64,000 nucleotides of DNA, taken from the NCBI GenBank assembly GCA_029862185.1, contig JAOTXX010000008.1:8909-72908 (forward strand). Reading direction: 5' to 3'. A program made the translations under genes and the position numbers. How positions within the stretch are numbered: the stretch's first letter is position 1; every line of letters starts with the position of its first letter. Of the stretch, positions 1 through 9,709 are shown piece by piece. The notes beneath the pieces were generated by a model. That model saw only the letters and a list, made by a program, of their open reading frames with translations, ran no database searches and was not told the origin of the DNA. This DNA is from Myxococcales bacterium. Its GTDB lineage: Bacteria; Myxococcota_A; Polyangia; Polyangiales; Houyiibacteriaceae.

Positions 1-816
1 CCATATGGCCTCGGCCACGGCGGCGGCAGAGCGGGCGAGGGGGGCTGGAATGACTCGCGTGACGGGCGGCAGGCCGACTGCGTCGAGCATGTCGTTGATG
101 AACGTCGGGCCTTCGAGGGGCTCGCCTTGCGTGATGAAGTAGGCCTTGCCCGCGACCGGAGAGCCTGGTGCGAGTCTATCGTACGCCGAGAGATGGGCTG
201 CGACCGCGTTGTCGATGTAAGTCGTGTCGATCTGCTGCGGCCGCCCGACCATTCGTAGACGCCCGGCTTTGGCGCGGGCAACTAGCCGTGGCAGCGCCGA
301 GCTGTCCCCAGGGCCCCAGACCAGATGGGGTCGAATCGCGACGGTCGACAGCGCGCCGGCGTTGGCGGCCAAGACCTCTTGCTCGGCAAGCGCCTTGGTC
401 GCCGGGTAGTGCGCTTCGAAGTGGGAAGAATAGGGAGCGGATTCATCGACACCGGACACCGCGTCTCCGGAGTGCACGACGCTGGGCGTGCTCGTGTAGA
501 CGAGCTTTGGCACGCGATGCTGCTTGCATCCGGCGATGACGTGGCGCGTGCCCAGCGTGTTCACGTCGAAGAACGTTTCGTAGGGGCCCCATAGGTCGAT
601 GTGTGCTGCGTTGTGAAAGACGCCGTCGCAGCCCTCGACGGCCGCGGCCACAACATCTTGGTCACGAATATCGCCCCGCTGAAGGTCCACGCCCCAATTG
701 CGAAGAAGGGGATAGTCGCCGCGACAGAGCACGCGCACGCGCTCACCCCGATCGAGCAACGCCCGCACGATCGAACGGCCGATGAAGCCTCCGCCGCCGG
801 TGACGAGGATCGTCAT
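1..816 (-). CDS. oleD: OleD, NAD(P)H-dependent 2-alkyl-3-oxoalkanoate reductase (3-beta-HSD/epimerase family); partial, runs off left edge
   Basis: Not in the ORF track; hand-translated from ATG at 816: MTILVTGGGGFIG (Rossmann), FHNAAHIDLWGPYETFFDVNTLGT, YTSTPSV, YPATK (YxxxK), IRPHLVWGPGD. ATGA overlap with oleC stop. Confidence 0.9.
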   Translation of the reverse strand, partial: MTILVTGGGGFIGRSIVRALLDRGERVRVLCRGDYPLLRNWGVDLQRGDIRDQDVVAAAVEGCDGVFHNAAHIDLWGPYETFFDVNTLGTRHVIAGCKQHRVPKLVYTSTPSVVHSGDAVSGVDESAPYSSHFEAHYPATKALAEQEVLAANAGALSTVAIRPHLVWGPGDSSALPRLVARAKAGRLRMVGRPQQIDTTYIDNAVAAHLSAYDRLAPGSPVAGKAYFITQGEPLEGPTFINDMLDAVGLPPVTRVIPAPLARSAAAVAEAIW

Positions 817-2468
817 GATGGGCCTTTGGCCTCGACCCACTTCGCGAGCTTTTCGCGTCCAATTTTTGCGTTGTGCCGGATGTCGACCGGGAAGCTTGGG
901 TGCCGGACGAAGCGCGATATGCGATTCGCCTGCGGATGCGCCCGGGCGATGTGGCGCAGCTGCTGCTCGATCTCCGGCCAGTCGCCTCTGCCGTGTCCCG
1001 GCTCGAGCTCTACGCAGAGCGTCGGCAGGCCTCCGGGACCGACCAGCGCGGAGCGATAGACCGCCGGGTGGGCGTCGAAGACCTTTTCGCATGGGACCGT
1101 GAACATCGTCGCGCCGTCGACGAGCAGGCGGTGACTCTTGCGCCCGCAGAACCAAAGGCGTCCTTCGCGATCGCGCCAACCGACGTCGCCCATGCGGTGC
1201 CAAATGAAGTCGCCGTCTCGGATCTTCGATAGCACCGTATTGTGTTCATCGTCGAAGTACGCCTCGGTCACCATCGGGCCGCGAACTGCGATCTCGCCGA
1301 TCTCGCCGTCTTCGAGCTCCAGATCGTCCGAGAAGGTTGGGATCGCGTCGTCGCTGATGCGAATCACCTTCACCTCGATGTCGGGCACGGGGACGCCCAC
1401 GCAGACACCGGCTCCCTTTTCTGTCTCGGCCCAGGTCGTCGCGACGATTTCGCGTCCCGCCAGACAGGCCACCGGAAGCGACTCGGTAGCGCCGTAGGGC
1501 GGAAATACATCGCCGTCGCTGGGCAACATTGCATGCCAACGGACGAGCGTTTGCCCGGGCATCGGTGCACCGGCGGCGATCACACGGCGCAAGCTCGGCA
1601 GCGTGATGCCATGCTGCTCTCCGTATCGGCCCACCGTGTTCAGCAGCGCAGGTGAGCCGAACATGGTCGTCACGCCGAAACGCTGAATGGGCTCGATGAT
1701 GTTTCGCGGCTCGACGCTGGCCGGCCGGCTCGGATCCATGTCGGGGATGACTGTCGTCATGCCGAGCGCCGGGTCAAAAAGCGCGAAGAGCGGAAACGTA
1801 GGCAGGTCGATTTCGCCGGGTTCGATCGAAAACATCTCTCGAATCGCTTTGACCTGCGCCAGGAAGTGACGGTGCCGGTAGACGACGCCTTTGGGCGGGC
1901 CGGTGCTGCCCGAGGTGAACAGGACCGCCGCAACTTCGTCGCCTTGGGTGGGCATCGGCATGTCACCTGCGGCGAGGCGTTTCGCGCCGAGCGTTTCGAC
2001 CTGGGCGAGCGTGTGTTGTGCCATGCCCCAGCCGCCAACGGTAATCGTTCGTTCGACTGTTGCCCGGGCCCAGCCAAGGGCGATGCGAGCCGCGTGCGCG
2101 ATTGGAATCCCGACGAATGCTCCGGGCTGCGCGCGCGCCAGGCACTTGCTCAGCCCTTTGATGCCCAGACCCGGGTCGATCATCACCGGAACCACGCCGG
2201 CCTTGAACATCCCAAAGGTGAGGGCGAAGAGCTCAGGGCTGGGTCGCACCATGAGCGCGGCGCGATGACCGCGTTCGATGCCAACCGCGTGGAGGCCGGC
2301 GGCGATTCGGCTGCTGCGTTCGTCGAGCTCTCGATACGAGACCTTGGTGTAGATGAGGTCGCCCGCCGCGTCGCGTTGCTTGGTCGGAAAAAAGATGGCT
2401 GTCGCATCGGGCTGCGTCGCGGCCATCTGCGGCAGTACGTCGGCGACCGTGGAAAGCTCGGTGCTCAT
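813..2468 (-). CDS. oleC: OleC, olefin beta-lactone synthetase (AMP-binding enzyme)
   Basis: LFTSGSTGPPKGV adenylation motif, PPYGATESLP, HRMGDVG, VDIRHNAKIGREKL C-terminus typical of OleC. Start set at MSTELS (2468), which overlaps the oleB stop (ATGA). Confidence 0.92.
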   Translation of the reverse strand: MSTELSTVADVLPQMAATQPDATAIFFPTKQRDAAGDLIYTKVSYRELDERSSRIAAGLHAVGIERGHRAALMVRPSPELFALTFGMFKAGVVPVMIDPGLGIKGLSKCLARAQPGAFVGIPIAHAARIALGWARATVERTITVGGWGMAQHTLAQVETLGAKRLAAGDMPMPTQGDEVAAVLFTSGSTGPPKGVVYRHRHFLAQVKAIREMFSIEPGEIDLPTFPLFALFDPALGMTTVIPDMDPSRPASVEPRNIIEPIQRFGVTTMFGSPALLNTVGRYGEQHGITLPSLRRVIAAGAPMPGQTLVRWHAMLPSDGDVFPPYGATESLPVACLAGREIVATTWAETEKGAGVCVGVPVPDIEVKVIRISDDAIPTFSDDLELEDGEIGEIAVRGPMVTEAYFDDEHNTVLSKIRDGDFIWHRMGDVGWRDREGRLWFCGRKSHRLLVDGATMFTVPCEKVFDAHPAVYRSALVGPGGLPTLCVELEPGHGRGDWPEIEQQLRHIARAHPQANRISRFVRHPSFPVDIRHNAKIGREKLAKWVEAKGPS

Positions 2469-3355
2469 TCGGCGACTCCCAAAAAGCTTCGTACGAGTTG
2501 CTCGATCTCCGAAGGCGCGTCTTCCAGGACATAGTGACCGCAGTTTGGAAACTGGTGAACCTCCGCATCGGGAAGGGCGCTCTTCCAAACCCTCAGGAAA
2601 TGTTCGTCGAAGACGAAATCGCGGTCGCCCCAGCAGATCAGCACGGGCCGGTCGTTGAACTGATGGAGGTGCTCGCCCACCTCGCGAACCAACGAAAAGC
2701 TCGGGTCGCTTTCTTTCAGTGGGATGTCCTGCACGAAGCGGAGCACCGCGCGGCGGTGATCCCAGCTGTCGTAGGGCGCACAGAGGCCGTCACGCACGTC
2801 TTTGGGAAGCCTGACTCGCGTGACGGCAAGCCGCGTTGCACCCCGTGCGAACGCGTTGAACCCGCGCACCAAAAGCGCGCCCGCCTTGGTGTCACGGGCC
2901 AACCAAACGGAAGCTGGGAGGCGCTTGGTCGACGGCATCGGAAACGCCGCGGTGTTCAGCACGACCAAGCGCGCGACGAGATCGGGGTGCCGATGGGCCC
3001 AGCCCATGCCTATCATTCCCCCCCAGTCGTGGACCGCAAGCGTGATGTCTCGGAGGCCAAGCTGGTCGACCAGCGCTTCGATGTCCTCCACCCGCTGCGC
3101 GAGTCGGTACGAGTAGGTGTCATCGCCTGGCTTATCGGACTTTCCGCAGCCGATGTGATCGGGCGCGATGACGCGATGACTGATGCGCAGCGCCGAGATC
3201 AATCGTCGCCAGTAGAACGACCAAGTCGGGTTTCCGTGAAGCATCAGGACCACCGGGGCGTCACGAGGCCCCTCATCGACGTAGTGCATCCGATGCCCGG
3301 ACGGAACCGTTAGCCAGTGAGGCTCAAACGGATAGAGCTCGTCGGAGACCTTCAC
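2465..3355 (-). CDS. oleB: OleB, beta-lactone decarboxylase (haloalkane dehalogenase-like alpha/beta hydrolase)
   Basis: LHGNPTWSFYWR, VHDWGG nucleophile Asp, GHYVLED; located between oleA and oleC. Confidence 0.92.
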   Translation of the reverse strand: MKVSDELYPFEPHWLTVPSGHRMHYVDEGPRDAPVVLMLHGNPTWSFYWRRLISALRISHRVIAPDHIGCGKSDKPGDDTYSYRLAQRVEDIEALVDQLGLRDITLAVHDWGGMIGMGWAHRHPDLVARLVVLNTAAFPMPSTKRLPASVWLARDTKAGALLVRGFNAFARGATRLAVTRVRLPKDVRDGLCAPYDSWDHRRAVLRFVQDIPLKESDPSFSLVREVGEHLHQFNDRPVLICWGDRDFVFDEHFLRVWKSALPDAEVHQFPNCGHYVLEDAPSEIEQLVRSFLGVAE

Positions 3356-3362
3356 GGGCGGC

Positions 3363-4379
3363 TTACCAGATGATTTCGGACATGCTGCAGTTGAGCCCAG
3401 AACCGATGCCCATCAGCGCCACCCGGTCACCAGGCTGAATTCGCCCCGCCTCCGCCGCCTTTGAAAGCACCATCGGAACGGCCGCGGGCCCGACGTTGCC
3501 AAGCTCTACGTAGGCATGCATGAATTTGTCGGTCGGAAGCTCGAGCGCCTCTGCGAGCTTGTCGGTGTTGGCCCGACTCACCTGATGCAAGATGTACTCG
3601 GACACGACGTCGGGGTTCCAGTCAAGCTCGCGCTTTGCCATCGCGTAGGTCTTTCTCGCGAGTGTGACCCCTGCGATGAGGAGCTCTTTGCTCTTGGTCT
3701 GCATCTGGTGGACCTGCCCGCGGCAGAGTTGATGGTGCTCGGTCGCCGCCGACGTCACGCCTCCAACGAAGCGGTGACCAGCGGTCACGAGATCGCTCCG
3801 CCCGAGGACCATCGCCGCGCCACCCGAGCCAAGCGTGAGCGTGGCAAAGTTCTCGCGAAACGTCGCCTCATCGAGATCGGGGTCGTTCAGTCGCGCGATG
3901 GTGCTCTCGACGACGAAGCGGCTGTTCTCGCCATCGACCACGAGCCCGTACTCGATTTGACCGCGCTCGATCATGTTCCCGACGATGTCCATCGCATTGA
4001 GGAAGCCGAGGCATGCGTTGCCGAGGTCGAAGTTCACGCAGTCAGGACCGAGACCGAGATTGTTGTGAACGATGCACGACGTCGACGGTTCGATGTAGTC
4101 GCGGCATACGGAGGTGTTGATCACGATTCCCAAACGACTGCGGTCGATGCCGGCCTGCTCGATCGCGAGCTCTGCCGCCGCGGTTGCCGCCTGAGAAGGC
4201 TGAAACTCTACGCCCCACATCCGGCGCGCCCGGATGCCGGTGACCCCTTCGAGGAAACCAGGCTGGAGACCGAGCCGACCCATGGGTTCAGCAAGCTTGG
4301 TTTCGAGCTCCTCGGACGTAACGCGGTCGGCACCATCGACATGGGCGACGCTGGAGATCGAGACATCATCGAAACGCAC
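3363..4379 (-). CDS. oleA: OleA, thiolase/KAS III-like head-to-head acyl-CoA condensing enzyme
   Basis: DYIEPST (catalytic Glu), FDLGNACLGFLNAM (catalytic Cys), HQVS, GNVGPA, GIGSGLNC. Confidence 0.92.
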   Translation of the reverse strand: MRFDDVSISSVAHVDGADRVTSEELETKLAEPMGRLGLQPGFLEGVTGIRARRMWGVEFQPSQAATAAAELAIEQAGIDRSRLGIVINTSVCRDYIEPSTSCIVHNNLGLGPDCVNFDLGNACLGFLNAMDIVGNMIERGQIEYGLVVDGENSRFVVESTIARLNDPDLDEATFRENFATLTLGSGGAAMVLGRSDLVTAGHRFVGGVTSAATEHHQLCRGQVHQMQTKSKELLIAGVTLARKTYAMAKRELDWNPDVVSEYILHQVSRANTDKLAEALELPTDKFMHAYVELGNVGPAAVPMVLSKAAEAGRIQPGDRVALMGIGSGLNCSMSEIIW

Positions 4380-4522
4380 GTGGCGACCCTAGTGCGGGCT
4401 CGGGGGTGCGACAAGCCCCGGCCCCAAGCCGGGTGTGCCCTCAGCGCGGCGTGGAAACCGCCGATCAAAGGATCCACTAACGGGTTTGCTCGTCTTGAGG
4501 TATTCATGCGACTGAGACGAAG

Positions 4523-5518
4523 ATGAGAAGAACACTCTTTAGCGTCGCGGCCGTGCTGTTGCTTTCTGTCGCAGCGCTCGGCTATTTCCTCTTTCGGCCG
4601 CTCTCCCACGTGCCGGTTCCGGCGGACTTCCAATGTTATGACCTCGGGCAGGGGGCATACGTGCCCCTCGATCCGCCGACCCAGTCCTTCGGCATCGGCC
4701 TCTCCTATGCGGGCCACATCGAAGAGACGGCGTCGTCGTTCGATCCAGATGCGGCGCCGCCGGTTTTCGTGAAAAGTCGCAGTAGCCTGGCGCGGTCGGG
4801 CGACGAGGTGCCGTTCCCGACCCCAGAGTTTTTGATCGAGAACGCTGATGCGTTCGAGCTCGGGCTGGGGGACGCCCTTCGCCGCGACTTCCCGGACCTC
4901 GCTCCGTTGCTCGACTACGAAGTCGAGATGGGGATGGTCTTGCTCGAGGACATCGACCCGTCACGGCTCGACGACCCGAGTTTCGCGCCGCGGCTTGGGT
5001 TCTTCATCGCCAACGACCTTTCCGCGCGGTCGATCGGCATTCTGGGTGAGGGACGACCAAATCGACATGCGTACTGGGGTCTGTCCAAGAGCTTTCCCGG
5101 ATTCATGCCCATCGCAGACAAGGCCTGGGTGCCCGCGAACCCCACGCCCAACGGCATCCCCTGTGTCGAGATTGAAAGCATCGTCAACGGTGAAATCCGT
5201 CAGCAACAGTCGACGGCGGATCTGATTTACACGCCAGTCCAGATGCTGCGCTTCATTCACGCCAAGTTCCCCGAAGCGCTGCTCTCGAAGGGAACGATCG
5301 TGCTCACGGGCACTCCCGGGGGCGTTGCGATGAGCACGCCTCGCTGGCTGGTGCGCTTGAGCAACCTCGTCGGCTTGAGCCGTTTTCGCAAGCTCGCGAC
5401 CAAGCTCGACGGCGACACGTCGCGCTTCCTCGGCGTCGGCGATGAGGTGACGGTGCGCGGCCAGGGGCTCGGCAAGGTCAGCGTAACCATCACGGCCGAA
5501 AGCGCGGGCGTGCCGTAG
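4523..5518 (+). CDS. Fumarylacetoacetate hydrolase family protein with N-terminal hydrophobic anchor
   Basis: DYEVEMG, ANDLSAR, SKSFPGF and TGTPGGV FAH motifs; N-terminal RR plus hydrophobic stretch. Confidence 0.8.
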   Translation: MRRTLFSVAAVLLLSVAALGYFLFRPLSHVPVPADFQCYDLGQGAYVPLDPPTQSFGIGLSYAGHIEETASSFDPDAAPPVFVKSRSSLARSGDEVPFPTPEFLIENADAFELGLGDALRRDFPDLAPLLDYEVEMGMVLLEDIDPSRLDDPSFAPRLGFFIANDLSARSIGILGEGRPNRHAYWGLSKSFPGFMPIADKAWVPANPTPNGIPCVEIESIVNGEIRQQQSTADLIYTPVQMLRFIHAKFPEALLSKGTIVLTGTPGGVAMSTPRWLVRLSNLVGLSRFRKLATKLDGDTSRFLGVGDEVTVRGQGLGKVSVTITAESAGVP

Positions 5519-5524
5519 TGTGCC

Positions 5525-6748
5525 CTAAACGCGGTCGCCTTCCGGGATGTCGGCGACCTTGATGACTCGCATCTCCGGGAGGAGGTCTGTTTCAGCGAGC
5601 AGCGTCCGGAGGACAATCTGGCCGCGCGGCCGGCCCTCGGTGCTGATCCAATTCTTGACGCCCGGATTCTCGCCGCAGGCGTAGATCCGAAAGGAGCCGT
5701 CGTCGTCGTACACGGTCTGGCGATTGTTGAGCGCCACCGGATGGTGCCGGTAGTCGCCCGATCGAAGGTAGTGGTCGAAGACCTGACACGACCAGTACCG
5801 GCACGGGATATCTTTGCCTTCGATGACAATCGCTTCGTCCTCGGCGAGCTTGAACGAAACGCCCGAGTAGCCGATTCCCGGGCCGGGCAGATTGTTCGCG
5901 ACCACTTTGGGGTCGATCATCTCGAAAACCTCGTCGGGCGTGTACTCTTCGTGCTCTCCTTCTTCGACGGCAAGCTTCCCGTCCGCCCCGATTCTCGTTG
6001 GTGTCGAGTGCGCGTCACCCTCGTACTCGATCATGCTCATGCCCACGATGGCCGACACGCCCAAGCCGGCGTCGACGGTGTCGTGCATGAACCCGATGAG
6101 CCGGTCGAGCCCCGCGGAGAGGTCGGCAACGGAATACTCGCTCGGAGCCGGCACCTCGTCGACGCATTGGATGTTCATGATCGCAGGGCGGTACTTGCCC
6201 TGGTCGACCTCGATCACGCACTCGGGGAAATACTGTCGGGTCATGATGAAGGGCTCGTTGCCCTGGAGCGCCAGCCAGTTCTTCGCCCCATCGGGGCGCT
6301 TTGCGCTGATGTGAATCGTTGCGTACTGACCGTCGCCGTCGGACTCAACGGCGATGTCCTTGTCGATCAAGAAGCTCACCATCGAACGCATGCCTTCGTC
6401 GTCGCTTGCATAGACGACAATCGAGAAAAAGATGTCGTCGCCCCGTCGCAGCGTGAGCTCGTAGGAGAGCGATTCGTCGAGCTTGGCGTCGTGGTAAAGT
6501 GTGTCGGGCCCGTCGCCGACGAAGCTCCGAAGCGGCGTGAACGCCCGGGCCAGCACCGGGTGGGCGCGATCCGCCTCCATCTCGAGCTCCTGCCCTGCGG
6601 CGATGAGGGAGGCTAAATAGCGAAAGCCGTCGGCCCGTTCACGGGGGCCTCGCGCGCCGATGGGGCCGACGATTTTGTCGCCGACCTCCTTGAGCTGATC
6701 GGCAAATCGATTCCATGCGGCTTGGCTTGGGGTAATTGGGTCGGACAT
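5525..6748 (-). CDS. DUF1214 domain-containing protein
   Basis: AWNRFADQLKEVG..RERADGFRYL N-terminus; C-terminal RYWSCQVFD, DDDGSFRI, GVKNWISTEG pattern. Confidence 0.7.
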   Translation of the reverse strand: MSDPITPSQAAWNRFADQLKEVGDKIVGPIGARGPRERADGFRYLASLIAAGQELEMEADRAHPVLARAFTPLRSFVGDGPDTLYHDAKLDESLSYELTLRRGDDIFFSIVVYASDDEGMRSMVSFLIDKDIAVESDGDGQYATIHISAKRPDGAKNWLALQGNEPFIMTRQYFPECVIEVDQGKYRPAIMNIQCVDEVPAPSEYSVADLSAGLDRLIGFMHDTVDAGLGVSAIVGMSMIEYEGDAHSTPTRIGADGKLAVEEGEHEEYTPDEVFEMIDPKVVANNLPGPGIGYSGVSFKLAEDEAIVIEGKDIPCRYWSCQVFDHYLRSGDYRHHPVALNNRQTVYDDDGSFRIYACGENPGVKNWISTEGRPRGQIVLRTLLAETDLLPEMRVIKVADIPEGDRV

Positions 6749-6758
6749 CGCGGTTCTT

Positions 6759-6788
6759 CGGTTAGCGCGCTCGGCGACCTCCCGTCAA
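6759..6788 (-). promoter_or_regulatory. Candidate sigma70-type promoter (TTGACG-N18-TAACCG) upstream of the DUF1214 gene
   Basis: Minus strand reads TTGACG (6788-6783), an 18-nt spacer, then TAACCG (6764-6759), 10 nt before the ATG. Confidence 0.3.
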
Positions 6789-6860
6789 GCTTCCGAAAAT
6801 GCAGCCAATGGCTTTACAATGCGGACGCGCCGGGCAGGCGAAAGAGTTGGGTCGAGTTTG

Positions 6861-8006
6861 ATGACGGGAAGAATTACATGCTGGCGGTCGGCCCTTGCGA
6901 TCTTTGCCTTGGCTTCGTTGATCGCGTCTTGCAGTGATGATGGGGGCAGTACCAGCAGCACAGGCCCATCGGTGGATGCTCCGGATGCGCTTGGGGCTTA
7001 CGCGGTGGGTCATACGATGTTCACGCTGGTCGACGACGCGCGTGATGGTCGCGAGCTGATCGTCAACGTCTGGTACCCCGTAGACGCGACCGATGCGCAA
7101 GACGGGCCTCGGACCGAATACCCGTTGCAATCGGTCTTCACGCTTCCCTCCGAAGTCGCGGTCGACGACCTTCCTGTGTCGTCAGAGGGACCGTTGGCGT
7201 TCTTGGTCTTCTCGCATGGGTTTGGCGGGATCAACACACAGTCCACTCAACTGATGGAAGCGTTGGCCAGTCACGGCTTCATCGTTGCTTCACCGGAACA
7301 CACCGGGAACACCGCGCTCGATGGCAGCGACGAAAGCCCGGCCGAGAAGCGTGTGCCTGATGTCTCGGCGGTCATCGACGAGATGTTCGCGCGCGCCAAC
7401 ACCGCTGGAGATGCCTTCGAAGGCCGCGTCGATGAATCCAAGGTCGGCGTCCTCGGGCACTCGTTTGGCGGGAGCACCGCCATGGGCATGGTCGCCGGCT
7501 GGGCGGGCGCCGATCCGGACCCGCGCGTCAAGGCCATTGCGGTCATCGCCGGGGGCGTCGGAGCCGGCAACTTCAGCGAAGAAGCGCTCGCCGCGGTCAC
7601 CGAGCCCACCCTACTCTTTGTCGGCACCTTGGACCCGAACGCGCTCGAGAACCACAACTACGCGTTCGACCGGATGCCGAACGCCGAGCCGCTCTTCAAG
7701 GTCGAGGTGACCGGCGCCAATCACACTCACTTCGCAAACGTCTGTGCGATTGGAAACCTGCTGATCGACCAGCTCATGATTCCCCAGGACAGCTGGCCCA
7801 CCTTCGGGGCAGAGGCGCTGATTCAGCCGTACAACGACACCTGCACGGACGAGGTCTTCCCGATCACCGAAGCGCACAGGCTCCAGAACCTCTACATGGT
7901 GGCTCACTTCAAGCGCCACCTCCTCGAGCAAACCGGCTACGACCGGTTTCTATCAGCGAGCTACGCGACCGCCAACGAGCCCGCGATTACCTTCGTGACA
8001 AAGTAG
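6861..8006 (+). CDS. Lipoprotein alpha/beta hydrolase (PAF-acetylhydrolase/dienelactone hydrolase-like)
   Basis: Lipobox LIASC, VFSHGFGG, GHSFGG nucleophile elbow, GANHTHF; start moved to ATG at 6861. Confidence 0.8.
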   Translation: MTGRITCWRSALAIFALASLIASCSDDGGSTSSTGPSVDAPDALGAYAVGHTMFTLVDDARDGRELIVNVWYPVDATDAQDGPRTEYPLQSVFTLPSEVAVDDLPVSSEGPLAFLVFSHGFGGINTQSTQLMEALASHGFIVASPEHTGNTALDGSDESPAEKRVPDVSAVIDEMFARANTAGDAFEGRVDESKVGVLGHSFGGSTAMGMVAGWAGADPDPRVKAIAVIAGGVGAGNFSEEALAAVTEPTLLFVGTLDPNALENHNYAFDRMPNAEPLFKVEVTGANHTHFANVCAIGNLLIDQLMIPQDSWPTFGAEALIQPYNDTCTDEVFPITEAHRLQNLYMVAHFKRHLLEQTGYDRFLSASYATANEPAITFVTK

Positions 8007-8131
8007 CCCCGCGCCAGCAATCGCTGCGACCCAAATGGGTGAATTGAATAGCGGCCTTTGCGGCAGCGTATGAATGCGGCCATAAGGTCGCGGCCTCGGA
8101 TCCGAGGCGCTGGAAAGAAAGAGGAGAACCG

Positions 8132-8551
8132 ATGCTAAAAGATTTCAAAGAATTCGCGCTCAAGGGCAACATGATGGACATGGCGGTCGGCATCATCATT
8201 GGTGCGGCCTTCGGAAAGATCATTGCGTCGCTGGTTGGCGACGTGATTATGCCCATCGTGGGGCTGTTCACCGGCGGCGTCGACGTGAGTCAGAGTTACG
8301 TCTTGCTGGGCGAAGGCAGCTATGAGTCCCTTGCGGCCGCTGAAGAAGCGGGCGCGGCGGTGCTCAAGTACGGGGCGTTTGGCATGGCGATCTTCGACTT
8401 CGTCATCATCGCGTTCGTCATTTTCATGATGGTCAAGTGGATGAGCTCGCTCCGAAAGAAGGAAGAAGCCGCCGAAGAGGCCGCTCCTCCAGCCCCGCCG
8501 AAAGAGGAAGTTCTCCTCGAAGAGATTCGCGACCTACTCGCAAAGAGCTAG
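8132..8551 (+). CDS. mscL: Large-conductance mechanosensitive channel
   Basis: [31 protein letters not shown]; C-terminal [12 protein letters not shown]. Confidence 0.97.
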   Translation: MLKDFKEFALKGNMMDMAVGIIIGAAFGKIIASLVGDVIMPIVGLFTGGVDVSQSYVLLGEGSYESLAAAEEAGAAVLKYGAFGMAIFDFVIIAFVIFMMVKWMSSLRKKEEAAEEAAPPAPPKEEVLLEEIRDLLAKS

Positions 8552-8575
8552 CTGCGCGAAGCGAATTGGAGTGCT

Positions 8576-8604
8576 GGGTTCCCTCGAGGACATCGAGGGA
8601 ACCC
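8576..8604. terminator. Perfect 12-bp hairpin between convergent mscL and DUF481 genes
   Basis: GGGTTCCCTCGA-ggaca-TCGAGGGAACCC; no U-tract, so possibly a bidirectional or stabilising hairpin. Confidence 0.55.
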
Positions 8605-8611
8605 GCCCACA

Positions 8612-9562
8612 TTACATGAAGGTGTAGACCAGGCTGAACAGGGTCGTGGTGTCGACTTTGACGAGATCGGCGCCTGGCGGAATGCGATCGTAGAGCATCA
8701 GGAATCGCGCTTCGAAGGCCAGCTTGTCGTTCAGCTTCGAGAGCAGTGCGGCGGTCAGATAAATGCGGATGTCTTGGAACGGCGTCGCGTTTTGAACCTC
8801 GACCTTGTTGAGGTTGTAGATCGTCACGATGCTTGCGAGGAACTCCACGTGCTCGTTGAGCCTGTTCTCGTAGTCGAGCGCCGCGAGGAGACCCTGGATG
8901 TTCGAGTTGGAGGTGAGCGACGAAGGCGGCACCTCGTAATTCTCGAACGTGTAGCTGTAACCGATGCGCCCCGCGAAGTAGTGCTTCTCGGTTTTGACGA
9001 ACGCGCGGAGGTAACCGGCATTGGCCAGCAGCTGCGCCTTGAAGCCGGCGAGTGGGTCCCATCGATAGGAAAGCCCGGCCCAGACGGCGTCCATGTCCGT
9101 GAGGAAGTAGTCGTAGCGGGAGACGAAAAAGAACTGCCTCGCGACGGTGGTGTAGGAGGTAGCGGGGTCGGTCGGTGCAACGTCGGCCCGGCCAAAGTTG
9201 AAGAGCGCGCCCAAGGTCAGCCGATGGTCGAGCTTCACGAGGATGACATCCGAGCCGGCATTGACATTCCACGAACGGGTGTTGCCGGTGTTGATCGCGC
9301 CACCCGCGTTGAGGGTCCAATCGACTTCGAGCTCCGGCTCTGCCTCCGCAGCCTCTTCGGCAGCTTCTGCTTGGTCTTCCGGAGCTGCCATGAAAGTCGC
9401 TTCGCCAGCGGCTTCGGTCGTCCCCGCGCTCACGTCGGCCGCGACGCTATCGGGAATCGCCTCCTCCTGCGCCGATGCACCATTGCCCCAGGTCGAAAAG
9501 GCCACCGTCGCGAGCACGAGGCCCAATCTGGCTAGCTTCGACGATACACACATTCTCCTCAT
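8612..9562 (-). CDS. DUF481 family outer-membrane beta-barrel protein with acidic N-terminal extension
   Basis: Signal peptide, alternating beta-strand pattern (GGAINTGNTRS, RYDYFL, GRIGYSY), aromatic C-terminus LVYTFM; GGGAGG RBS. Confidence 0.7.
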   Translation of the reverse strand: MRRMCVSSKLARLGLVLATVAFSTWGNGASAQEEAIPDSVAADVSAGTTEAAGEATFMAAPEDQAEAAEEAAEAEPELEVDWTLNAGGAINTGNTRSWNVNAGSDVILVKLDHRLTLGALFNFGRADVAPTDPATSYTTVARQFFFVSRYDYFLTDMDAVWAGLSYRWDPLAGFKAQLLANAGYLRAFVKTEKHYFAGRIGYSYTFENYEVPPSSLTSNSNIQGLLAALDYENRLNEHVEFLASIVTIYNLNKVEVQNATPFQDIRIYLTAALLSKLNDKLAFEARFLMLYDRIPPGADLVKVDTTTLFSLVYTFM

Positions 9563-9709
9563 CCCAACCTCCCCGTAGCGGGTTATCCGTTGAATTCGGC
9601 CAAACCATAGTCGAGCGCATGTGTCGCGCCAGCCAAAACCGGGGTTGTCCGGTCGTCGTCCTGTGATAGAAAACTCCGATGGTTTCGGCCCCGAGCGCCG
9701 TTAGACGAA

